The notes under the pieces were generated by a model. That model was not told the DNA's origin, did not search any database, and worked only from the letters and a program-made list of their open reading frames with translations. A program made the position numbers and the translations under genes. 64,000 nucleotides of DNA from contig OZ244720.1 in NCBI GenBank assembly GCA_965219085.1, positions 2,464,001 through 2,528,000 on the forward strand. Direction: 5' to 3'. Positions 55,953 through 64,000 of this stretch are shown piece after piece. Source of the stretch: Dehalococcoidia bacterium. Lineage in GTDB: Bacteria; Chloroflexota; Dehalococcoidia; UBA2979. Within the stretch, counting starts at the first letter, position 1, and every line of letters begins with the position of its first letter.

Positions 55953-57128
55953 CTACGCGGCGCCCCCGCTGTAAGCCTCGACGAGCACCTCGGCGACCTC
56001 TGGCCGTGTGAACTCCGGTGGCGGCGCCTCGCCGGCTTCGAGCATCTGCCGCACGCGCGTGCCCGACAGGAAGACGTGGGCATCGTTGCCGTGCGGGCAG
56101 GTGTGCGAGCTGGCCATGCCCTCGCAGCTCACGCAATAGAAGCTGTGCTCGAACTTGAGCGGCTGGATCGCCAGCGCGCCGGGCTCGAGTTCGTCGAAGA
56201 TCTCCTGCGCTTCGTACGTGCCGTAGTAGTCGCCGACGCCCGCGTGGTCGCGGCCGACGATGAAGTGAGAGCAGCCGTAGTTCTGGCGCATGATTGCGTG
56301 GAAGATCGCCTCGCGCGGCCCCGCGTAGCGCATCGAGGCGGGGAGCACGGACAGCACGACGCGGTCCTGGGCGTAGTAGCCGTCGAGCAGCACCTGGTAG
56401 CAGCGCATCCGCACGTCGGCCGGTATGTCGCCTTCCTTGGTCTCGCCCACGAGCGGGTGCAGCAGCAGGCCGTCGACGACCTCGAGCGCGACCTTCGTGA
56501 GGTACTCGTGCGCGCGGTGCACGGGGTTGCGCGTCTGGAATCCGACGACGGTCTTCCAGCCACGCTCGGCGAACGCGGCGCGAGTCTGCGCCGGCGTCAG
56601 CCGGTGCGCGGGGAACTCGGGATCGGGCGGCAGCGCGAAGACGCGCACCGGCCCGCCGAGCAGCATGTCGGCCTGCTCGTTGACCGCCTCTACACCCGGG
56701 TGCGCCGGGTCGTTGGTGCGGTAGACCTGCTCCGCCTCGCGCTCACGGTCGTAGGCGTAGGCGTCGCCGGCGTCCATCACGGCGAGCAGCGTGCCGTCCT
56801 CGGTGGCGAGGGCGATCTCGCGGCCGGCGAGCTCCGCGGCTTGCCCGGACGTGACGGGGAGCGTGATCGGCACGCTCCACACGGCGCCGTCGGCGAGGCG
56901 CATGCCCTCGACGACGGCACGGTAGTCGGCCTCGTCCATGAAGCCGCCGAGGGGGCTGAGCGCGCCCACGGCGAGCAGTTCGAGGTCGGTGACCTGGCGC
57001 ACGCCGAGCCGCAGCACGGGCAGCTCTTGCGCCATCTCCGCGAGCGCCACGACCTCCTCGTGCGTGACGAGCAGTTCACGGAGCACGCCGCCGTGCGGGG
57101 GGACGAGTTGCGATGTGTCGGGGCTCAT
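55953..57128 (-). CDS. sat: Sulfate adenylyltransferase
   Basis: [45 protein letters not shown]. Confidence 0.96.
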   Translation of the reverse strand: MSPDTSQLVPPHGGVLRELLVTHEEVVALAEMAQELPVLRLGVRQVTDLELLAVGALSPLGGFMDEADYRAVVEGMRLADGAVWSVPITLPVTSGQAAELAGREIALATEDGTLLAVMDAGDAYAYDREREAEQVYRTNDPAHPGVEAVNEQADMLLGGPVRVFALPPDPEFPAHRLTPAQTRAAFAERGWKTVVGFQTRNPVHRAHEYLTKVALEVVDGLLLHPLVGETKEGDIPADVRMRCYQVLLDGYYAQDRVVLSVLPASMRYAGPREAIFHAIMRQNYGCSHFIVGRDHAGVGDYYGTYEAQEIFDELEPGALAIQPLKFEHSFYCVSCEGMASSHTCPHGNDAHVFLSGTRVRQMLEAGEAPPPEFTRPEVAEVLVEAYSGGAA

Positions 57129-57682
57129 TGGGCGGCTCCGGTCGGGATCAACTCCTGGGACTCGAGGTAGCTCACGATCGCGCCGAGCGATTGCTCCTCG
57201 GTCTGCGACTCGGAGTTGACGCGGACCTCGGGATGCTCGGGCGCCTCGTACGGGTCGGAGATGCCGGTGAAGTTCTGAATCTCGCCGCGCAGGGCCTTCT
57301 CGTAGAGGCCCTTGACGTCGCGGCGGGTCAACTCCTCGATGGAGCAATCGACGTGGATCTCGACGAACTCGGCAGGCTCGTCGGCGATGCTGGCGCGCAC
57401 CTCGTTGCGGATCTGCTCGTACGGGGAGATGGCCGCGGTGATGACGGCCACGCCGTTGCGGGACAGCAGCCGCGCGACGTACCCGATGCGCCGGATGTTG
57501 GTGTCGCGGTCCTCCTTGGAGAACCCGAGCCCCCTGGAGAGGTTCGTGCGCACCTCGTCACCGTCGAGGACCTCTACGTTGCGTCCGCGTGCCGTGAGCA
57601 CGGGCGCGAGGTATTCGGCGAGTGTCGATTTACCGGAGCCGGAGAGGCCCGTGAACCACAGGATGATGCCGCGATCACTCAC
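57125..57682 (-). CDS. cysC: Adenylyl-sulfate kinase
   Basis: [34 protein letters not shown]. Confidence 0.96.
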   Translation of the reverse strand: MSDRGIILWFTGLSGSGKSTLAEYLAPVLTARGRNVEVLDGDEVRTNLSRGLGFSKEDRDTNIRRIGYVARLLSRNGVAVITAAISPYEQIRNEVRASIADEPAEFVEIHVDCSIEELTRRDVKGLYEKALRGEIQNFTGISDPYEAPEHPEVRVNSESQTEEQSLGAIVSYLESQELIPTGAAQ

Positions 57683-57913
57683 TGTCTGAAGCTCCTGTCT
57701 GCGCCCTGGACGGGCGCGATCCGATCGGCGGCTACTGTACCGTCATTCGCCGCTACGGACGCGCCGAAGGGCGTTGGGATGCCCTCCCGCTGCGGCGGGC
57801 TGGACATGTGTGGCAATATGCGGAGAACCGTACCGCGCGGTGGCCGGCAGGCGGCCCGCAAGGGCATCGGTCATGCGCGGCGGATTCGGACGACATCGGC
57901 AGAGGGGGTAGAC

Positions 57914-58099
57914 GTGCCAGAGGCTCGCAGCGTGACGACGGGAGATCACGTCCACCACTGGATTCTGTCGGAGCCGTCGGGCGGGGAAGTGCCGGGGCGC
58001 TGCAAGGGGTGCGGGGAGACTCGAGAGTTCCCGGCGAACCCCTCGAACCCGTACCTGCGAGGACTGGCGAAGAAGCGCCCGACGCGCCGCGAGTCGTAA
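57914..58099 (+). CDS. Small putative zinc-ribbon protein (61 aa)
   Basis: GAGGGGG RBS then GTG; HVHHW...G.CKGCG..REF; basic tail. Confidence 0.6.
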   Translation: MPEARSVTTGDHVHHWILSEPSGGEVPGRCKGCGETREFPANPSNPYLRGLAKKRPTRRES

Positions 58100-58381
58100 G
58101 CCTCCGGCGCATCGCTTCTTGCTGCTCGCGAGCGACGCGCCCGGCATCGGCCGGGCTCCGAGTGCGCGTCCGCATTGCATCGCGGACCAGAACGCGAGCC
58201 CCGGCACAGTCGCCGGGGCTTCTGCGTGGGCCGGCAGCGCCATGGGACGGCGGTCGTTCGCGCTGTTGAGGTAGCCTCGGTCGGCTCGTGCGTAGCGCTC
58301 CGGCGGCGACCAGGGCCCCGGCGCTCGCGGCAACCAGGGCCGGGCGGTCGCCTCGACGGGTCCCCTCGCGGTGACTGCGCG

Positions 58382-58636
58382 CTAGCGGCCGACCTTCTTC
58401 CAGAGCAGGATGCGCCTGGTCTTGTCCTCCCACGAGGAGCGAACCTTGGTCCCGGCTTCCCTTGCTGCTTCGGACAGGAGCCGCTTGATCCTGGTGGGAT
58501 TCTCACCTCGTCCGAGTTCGATCTTACCGGCATCGGAGGCACTCACGGCCTCGACATACTCAGCCCGCTCTTCGGCTGCCGATCGGGCGCGGCCAATGAG
58601 GACCTCGGAGGGCTCCATGGGAGTGAATTTGGGCAC
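58382..58636 (-). CDS. Small basic hypothetical protein (84 aa), possibly DNA-binding
   Basis: AAGGAG RBS; own TAAGCT -10-like element; K/R-rich. Confidence 0.65.
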   Translation of the reverse strand: MPKFTPMEPSEVLIGRARSAAEERAEYVEAVSASDAGKIELGRGENPTRIKRLLSEAAREAGTKVRSSWEDKTRRILLWKKVGR

Positions 58637-58745
58637 CGCTGGCTCCTTCGACTCATCTCATATCAGGCGCGGCTGAGCTTACGCAATACGCGTTGATTGA
58701 TCCAGTCGATTTGTTGGACAACAGCGCGCCTGAAGCGTACGGCGC

Positions 58746-58970
58746 TTACTCTTCCTTTTCGTGGTGGTGGTGAGAGCCCGTACCGGGCTCGTCGGAAACC
58801 GTTCAGCAACCTGGCTCACCGTGATTGCCGCAACACATCGAGAGCGTTCGTATCTTAGTCCAGTAGTTGCGGGTGAAGAGCCGCAGCTTCGTTGCGAACG
58901 GCGCGTCGTAGTCGCGCCAGTTGCGGCCGACGCCACCGAAACGCCCGATCCGGTCCTGTGGTTCCTGCAC
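58746..58970 (-). CDS. Candidate small selenoprotein (CCGNHGEPGC-U; 74 aa with read-through, 55 aa if TGA at 58805-58803 is a stop)
   Basis: GTG overlaps upstream TAG; in-frame TGA after Cys; SECIS-like hairpin; read-through gives TVSDEPGTGSHHHHEKEE then TAA. Confidence 0.6.
58772..58802 (-). promoter_or_regulatory. Putative bacterial SECIS element
   Basis: UGA, 12 nt, then GAGCCC-GGUAC-GGGCUC; apical GGU begins 18 nt after UGA; stem extends by GA/UC with a bulged C. Confidence 0.55.
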
Positions 58971-60292
58971 TACGGTATCGAGGGATCGTAGTCCATGCCG
59001 ATGTGACCGGCATGCTCGAACTCCTCGTACTCCGCGTCCGTGAAGCCCATGATCTCCTTGTAGACGTACTCGTTGTCCTCGCCGAGCCGAGGGGCGTGCC
59101 GCGCAGATCGAGGGTTCTGGCCGGTCGTGCTCCACAACGGGCCGGCGTGGCGTTGGGTTCCGGCCTCGGGGTGGGTGATCGTGCGCCAGAAGCCGCGTGC
59201 TTCGTGCTGCCGGTTCTCGAGTACGTCGCGCTCGTGCATGGCGACGCCGGCGGGGATGCCCTCGAGCTGCAGACGCTCCATCACCCAGTAGGCGTCCTTG
59301 ACCGCCGTCCACTCCGCGATGCGCGCATCGAGGGCGTCACGGTGTTCGTGCCGCGACTCCATGGTTGCGAAGCGCGGATCCGAGTCGAGTTCGAGCTGGT
59401 GCATCACCCCGCAGAGGCGGGCCCACTCCTCCTCGGACCGCGCCGCGATCGCGATCCAGCGGTCGGTGCCCCAGCACGGGTACACGTTGTGGGGCGCCAT
59501 CGTGGGGTGCGTGTTGCCGAGTTGCTCGTGGACGCGCCCGTTCATGGTGTAGTCCATGATGAAGTCGCCGATGAACGGGACGAAGTTCTCCGCTGTCGCT
59601 GCCTCGATGAGCAGCCCCTCGCCCGTCTTGCGTCGCTGGCGCAGCCCCATCAGGAACGCCAGGGCGCCTCCCACTCCGGACGCCGCGTCGGACGGCACGC
59701 CCGAGGGGGCGTAGTCGAGGCTGAGGTGGGGGTAGGCGCGCAGTACGGGGTGGCCGAGCAGCGCCTCCATGTGGTTGCCCCATGTGCGATAGCCGCGGTA
59801 CGGGCCGTCGAGGCCGAAGGCCGGCACGCGCAGCATCACGAACTGCGGGTTGATCTTCGACACGCGCTCCCACGTGATGCCCTGCTTCTCGATGTTGGGC
59901 GGCAAGTTGTTCTCGACCAGTCCGTCGGACTTCTCGATGAGCCGGTCGAGCACGGCCTGGCCCTCGGCCGTGCCGAGGTTGATGGTCACCGAGCGCTTGT
60001 TATGGCCGTGGTCGTTGAAGTTCGGTGCGCGGTTCCACGGCCGATCGCCCAGCAGGTCGTCGGGATACGCGCCCCCCTGGTTCGCGCTGTTGATCGCGAA
60101 CTCCGGCGGGGGGCGTGCGATCAGCCCGCGCGTCTGCGGCGCGAAGTGGTGCAGGGATTCCACGCGGATGATCTCCGCGCCCCAGTCCGCGAGCTGCATC
60201 GTGCCGTACGGGCCGGCCCACACCACCGTGAAGTCGATGATGCGGATGCCGTCCAGGGGGAGCCGCTTGCCGTCGGAAGGTAAGCTCGTCAT
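58970..60292 (-). CDS. Family III (CaiB/BaiF) CoA-transferase, catalytic-Asp-bearing
   Basis: PLDGIRIID, WAGP, LAD.GAE.I..E, NKRS, FG.DGPY, SD..SG, AP.LGE. Confidence 0.92.
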   Translation of the reverse strand: MTSLPSDGKRLPLDGIRIIDFTVVWAGPYGTMQLADWGAEIIRVESLHHFAPQTRGLIARPPPEFAINSANQGGAYPDDLLGDRPWNRAPNFNDHGHNKRSVTINLGTAEGQAVLDRLIEKSDGLVENNLPPNIEKQGITWERVSKINPQFVMLRVPAFGLDGPYRGYRTWGNHMEALLGHPVLRAYPHLSLDYAPSGVPSDAASGVGGALAFLMGLRQRRKTGEGLLIEAATAENFVPFIGDFIMDYTMNGRVHEQLGNTHPTMAPHNVYPCWGTDRWIAIAARSEEEWARLCGVMHQLELDSDPRFATMESRHEHRDALDARIAEWTAVKDAYWVMERLQLEGIPAGVAMHERDVLENRQHEARGFWRTITHPEAGTQRHAGPLWSTTGQNPRSARHAPRLGEDNEYVYKEIMGFTDAEYEEFEHAGHIGMDYDPSIP

Positions 60293-60310
60293 CGCGCTGG
60301 TCTCCTCCCG

Positions 60311-61525
60311 CTAGATCACGCTGGCGTCGCGCAGCGCGCCGAGCTCGTCGGCGCTGAGGCCAAGCTCCCCGCCGAGCACGTCCTCGGTGTGTTCGCCGAG
60401 CAGCGGCGCGCGCTGGCGCTCCGGCATCGGCTCGCCGCGGTGCAGGGTGGAGTGGAAGCCGGGGTAGCGGATCGGGCCGGTCGTTGGGTGGTCGATCTCC
60501 TGGAAGAACTCCCGAGCCTGGAAGTTCACGTCCTCGAGCAGGTCGCCGACGGTGTTGAGCGGGCCGCCGAGGACGCCGAAGCGCTCGCACTCCGCGCGCA
60601 CCTCGGCCTTGGTGCGGGCCAGCAGCCACGGGATGAGGATCGTCGCGAACTCCTGGGCGCGCTCGGTCTTGGCGAGCTCGGCGACGCTCGACCAGTCGGG
60701 GTGCGAGAGCAGGTCCTCGCGGCCGACCATGCGGATCATGCGGTTGACGAGGCCGGCCCCCGCGTTGAGTGCGAAGTAGCCGTCGGCGCAGGGGAAGATG
60801 CCGCTGCCGATCGCCCCGGCGAGCCCGCCGCGGCCTGCCAGTTGCCCGTTGTACTGGTACGAGAGCGTGCGCCCGAGGCGGAGGTCGATGGAGTGGGTGT
60901 GCGCCTCGAAGATGCTGATGTCCAGGTGCTCACCCTCGCCGCTCATCTCCGCGCTCATCAGGCCCATCGAGGTGGCGAGCGCGGCAACGTAGCCGGCGTG
61001 GTACGTGGCGTGGTGGCCTGCCGTCTTCAGCGGCTCGTGGTCCGGGTCGCCGAAGCCGATCATGTTGCCCATGGCGAGCAGCGTCAGGTCCGTGCCCTGC
61101 CAGTCGCGGTAGGGGCCGTCCTGACCAAAGTTGCTGATCGAGGTCAGCACGACGCCGGGGTTCACCTCGCGCAGCACATCGAAGCCGAGACCCAGGCGGT
61201 CGAGCGTGCCGGGCGCGAAGTTCTCGATGACGACCTGCGCGCTCGCGGCGAGTTCGAGTGCGAGTTCGTGTCCTCGCGCGCTCTTGAGGTCGAGTGTGAC
61301 GCTCCGCTTGTTGGTGTTGAGCATCAGGAAGACGCCGCTGCGCTCCAGTCCGGGCTCGTCCTGGTAGAACGGCGGGAGCGAACGGGCGGGGTCGCCGGTG
61401 ACGGGCTGCTCGATCTTGATCACATCGGCGCCGTAGTCGCCGAGCACGCGGGTGCAGAACGGCCCGGAGGTGTAGCGCGTCAGGTCCAGTACACGGACGT
61501 CGTCGAGCGGCATCACGCCAGGCAC
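60311..61525 (-). CDS. Family III (CaiB/BaiF) CoA-transferase-like subunit
   Basis: RVLDLT, GP..TR.LGDYGADVIKIE, NKRS, SNFGQDGPY, APLLGEHT. Confidence 0.92.
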   Translation of the reverse strand: MPGVMPLDDVRVLDLTRYTSGPFCTRVLGDYGADVIKIEQPVTGDPARSLPPFYQDEPGLERSGVFLMLNTNKRSVTLDLKSARGHELALELAASAQVVIENFAPGTLDRLGLGFDVLREVNPGVVLTSISNFGQDGPYRDWQGTDLTLLAMGNMIGFGDPDHEPLKTAGHHATYHAGYVAALATSMGLMSAEMSGEGEHLDISIFEAHTHSIDLRLGRTLSYQYNGQLAGRGGLAGAIGSGIFPCADGYFALNAGAGLVNRMIRMVGREDLLSHPDWSSVAELAKTERAQEFATILIPWLLARTKAEVRAECERFGVLGGPLNTVGDLLEDVNFQAREFFQEIDHPTTGPIRYPGFHSTLHRGEPMPERQRAPLLGEHTEDVLGGELGLSADELGALRDASVI

Positions 61526-61607
61526 GCGCAGCCTCCTCCCGGTGCGCCGGACACTCTAGCAGCAGCCTCCGAGGGCTGCCGTGCGGCGTCTTACGGCACG
61601 TCGGTGG

Positions 61608-62165
61608 TTACTCCCCGATGTCGCCGAGGTAGATGACCTCCGCCTCGGCGCTGTCCTCGGTGATGTCGAGCACCGCGACGTGGCCGAGCAGCATGCTCTG
61701 CTTGATCATCGAGGTGCTGCCGGGGTTGACGAACAGCACGTCCTGGAACGTCTCGACCATCGCCTCGTGCGTGTAGCCGAAGATCACGATGTCGACCGGC
61801 TCGCCAAAGACTTCCGTGAGTTCGTCCTGGACGTCGAGGCCCTCGGGGTACTTGGCGAGGGCGCCGGGGTAGATCTCGTCGACGATCGGCAGCAGCTCCA
61901 GCTTGTGGACGACGCCGACCTTTTGGCCCTCGAGTTCCAGCACCAGCGTGGTGCCGGTGCGCGGGGCTCCCTCGGCGAGGGCCGCGAAGCGCGACTTGGC
62001 CGACTCGACCGGCGCGATGCGGGCGAGCCACTCGAGGGCGGAGTCCGCGTAGATGTCCCCGGCGTGGACGATGAGGTCGACGCCCTCGAAGGCCGGGATC
62101 ACCTGTTCCGGGGGCGCGGGGCCCATGGACGGGATGTGGGTGTCTGAAATCACGCCAATCTTCAT
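61608..62165 (-). CDS. YfcE-family metallophosphoesterase-like protein (degenerate site)
   Basis: SDTH, HAGD, IFGYTH, NPGS; GNxD motif missing. Confidence 0.8.
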   Translation of the reverse strand: MKIGVISDTHIPSMGPAPPEQVIPAFEGVDLIVHAGDIYADSALEWLARIAPVESAKSRFAALAEGAPRTGTTLVLELEGQKVGVVHKLELLPIVDEIYPGALAKYPEGLDVQDELTEVFGEPVDIVIFGYTHEAMVETFQDVLFVNPGSTSMIKQSMLLGHVAVLDITEDSAEAEVIYLGDIGE

Positions 62166-62418
62166 GTTGTGTCCCTTCCGCGGGCATCTGCGAGAGTCGT
62201 CCGGATGGGAAGATAGCATCTGACGCCGCACCGCGGTTCCACGTCCGCCACAGCCGGCGTTCCCAGGCGTGATCGATCGTCGTCCTGCCGCGTGGCCGGC
62301 TGCGTTGCGGCATGCCGTGGCTCGGCCCGTTCGCCCACGCTGTTCGTCATGCAGGCTTTCGCGGTTCACGCCGTGTGTGATACTGCGAATCGCCCATCGA
62401 TCGAGGTTCGGAGACACC

Positions 62419-64000
62419 ATGAGCGGCGCCTTCCTGCCCACCCGGTCCGTTACACGACTCCTCGCGGCGTTGTGCGCCATGATCGCGCTCACGGCGGTGG
62501 CGCTCGTGCTGGACGCGCCCCGCACCGCGTTGGGCGAGGACGAAGCCGCGTGCGAGGTGAACGACCTCGGCATGCTCGACGACGACATGGTGGGGCTCTC
62601 GGCGGTGGGCGCCTGGACGACCGGGGACTGCGACTCGCGCTTCCGCATTGACAGCGATGCGCATACCTACCGGTTCCAGCACGCCGAGGGTGACCGGATC
62701 AGAGTCGACCTGGTGTCGGCCGACGGTGACCCCTACCTCTACCTGCTGGCTGAGGACGGGACCCGCATCACAGACAACGACGACGGCGGCGCCGGCCTGA
62801 ACGCACGCATCGAGCGTGACCTGGCGGGGGGCGTCTACCTCGTCGAGGCCACGACGGTCGGCGGGCGCGGACGCGGTCCGGCGGACTTCACGCTTTCCAT
62901 CAACCACGTCACCGGGTGCGATCCGGTCCACCTGGGCACACTCGAGCCGGGGGTCGATCTGACGGCATCCGGCTCCTGGACGATCGACACCTGCGGCGCA
63001 CGCGTCGTCCCGGAACACCCCGCCTACGCCTACTCCTTCAGCTTGCCGCGGGACGGTCGTGTGCGCATCGACCTGATGTCGGTAGACGGCGACCCCGTCC
63101 TCTCCCTGGCATCGTCCGACGGGCGCTTTATCGGCGCGAACGACGACGGTGGCGGCGTCCGCAACTCACGCATCGAGCAGTACCTGGCGGCCGGCGCCTA
63201 CCTGATCGAGGCGACAACCTATCGGCAGCGTGACCTCCAGCCTCTGGTGGCTGACTTCGACCTCGTGGTCCATCTGGTGGACGAGGAGGCGGAGCAGCGC
63301 CGCTTCCAACTCAAGATCGAGGCGAGCCACACCCCGGACCGCGTGATCGCGGGCGAGCCCTTCGACGTTCACTACCGGGCGGGCAATCCGGGCGGCGGCG
63401 ACCTGGCTGACGCCGGCGGCAGCGTCGTGTTGTACGTGGTGGCGCCCGGCGTGTTCGAGCGGATCGCCGTAACGCCCGAACGGTGGCCGGCCGGCGTCTC
63501 TTACCATTCCGGCGCCCAGATCGCGAGCGCGACGAGCGTCGCGGCCGCCGCGGTGACGCCGTTCGCGGTCACACTCAGGGGACCTGGTCCTTCGTGGGTG
63601 TTCGTCGCGATCATCGCGTTCGACGAAGCCGATGAGGAGATCGCATTCCACGGCATCTGGCGGAACCTGGTCGTGCTCACCGGCCCCACGTTCGATCCGG
63701 TCACCGTCGAGGTGGACGGCGGGCAGTACGTGGTCGCGCCCAGTGCCGGCGAGGACGGCATCGTGACCTACGCGGTCATCGCGGCCGGGGATCCGGTCAC
63801 GGACATCGATGCGTCCGTCGAGGCGAAGGCGATCTACGCGGCCGGCGTGCAGGCGCTCACCCTCGACGGCATCCTGGAGCGGCCCTCGATCGTCGCGCTG
63901 GGCGACGAACCCCCGGCGCCCGACGCGCCGCAGACGGCGGCGGTCAGCCTCGCGAACCCCTCGTCCACCACGCTGCTCGCGGCGTTCGGCCGGCACTACG
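62419..64000 (+). CDS. Large secreted protein with tandem PPC-like domains (partial, runs off the window)
   Basis: ATG 62419 after GGAG; signal peptide; two repeats of C...C...Y.F...R.DL.S.DGDP.L.L...NDDGG...N.RIE..LA.G.YL.EATT; absent from ORF track because no stop is in the window. Confidence 0.8.
   Translation, partial: MSGAFLPTRSVTRLLAALCAMIALTAVALVLDAPRTALGEDEAACEVNDLGMLDDDMVGLSAVGAWTTGDCDSRFRIDSDAHTYRFQHAEGDRIRVDLVSADGDPYLYLLAEDGTRITDNDDGGAGLNARIERDLAGGVYLVEATTVGGRGRGPADFTLSINHVTGCDPVHLGTLEPGVDLTASGSWTIDTCGARVVPEHPAYAYSFSLPRDGRVRIDLMSVDGDPVLSLASSDGRFIGANDDGGGVRNSRIEQYLAAGAYLIEATTYRQRDLQPLVADFDLVVHLVDEEAEQRRFQLKIEASHTPDRVIAGEPFDVHYRAGNPGGGDLADAGGSVVLYVVAPGVFERIAVTPERWPAGVSYHSGAQIASATSVAAAAVTPFAVTLRGPGPSWVFVAIIAFDEADEEIAFHGIWRNLVVLTGPTFDPVTVEVDGGQYVVAPSAGEDGIVTYAVIAAGDPVTDIDASVEAKAIYAAGVQALTLDGILERPSIVALGDEPPAPDAPQTAAVSLANPSSTTLLAAFGRHY

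Noticed and set aside
57683-57913. SAM riboswitch upstream of cysC-sat
   Set aside because: SAM-I core motifs not found on the minus strand

Overview
High-GC (~70% by eye) bacterial chromosomal window. Gene content suggests Chloroflexota/Dehalococcoidia (inference). Housekeeping blocks: NAD salvage (pncA-pncB), menaquinone (menF-D-H-B-A-C), Lon-like protease, a complete suf operon (sufR-C-B-D-Rieske-S-U-T), MaoC/methylmalonyl-CoA mutase/PhaB-like genes, a GltD-like flavoprotein, a Fur-family regulator with a metal ABC transporter, an ECF sigma/anti-sigma pair, SLC13-sat-cysC, two family III CoA-transferases and a secreted PPC-repeat protein running off the right end. Accessory DNA: an intact IS5-like element (16-bp TIRs, CTAG duplication), a lower-GC nuclease + DNA methyltransferase cassette, and an antitoxin-like/nuclease islet. 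Two findings stand out. (1) At 4.3-5.8 kb, two minimal ThsB/DUF1863-like TIR genes are followed by a translationally coupled small membrane protein with no ThsA, and each TIR promoter carries a Gram-positive/Dehalococcoides-type LexA box (AGAAC-N4-GTTCG). This is a candidate SOS-controlled TIR immune or cell-death system. (2) At 58746-58970 (-), a small gene's CCGNHGEPGC motif is followed by an in-frame TGA, a well-placed SECIS-like hairpin and a His-rich tail, making it a candidate unannotated Cys-Sec selenoprotein coupled to the CoA-transferase operon. No rRNA, tRNA or CRISPR array was seen. All family calls come from motif recognition by eye; no database searches were run.
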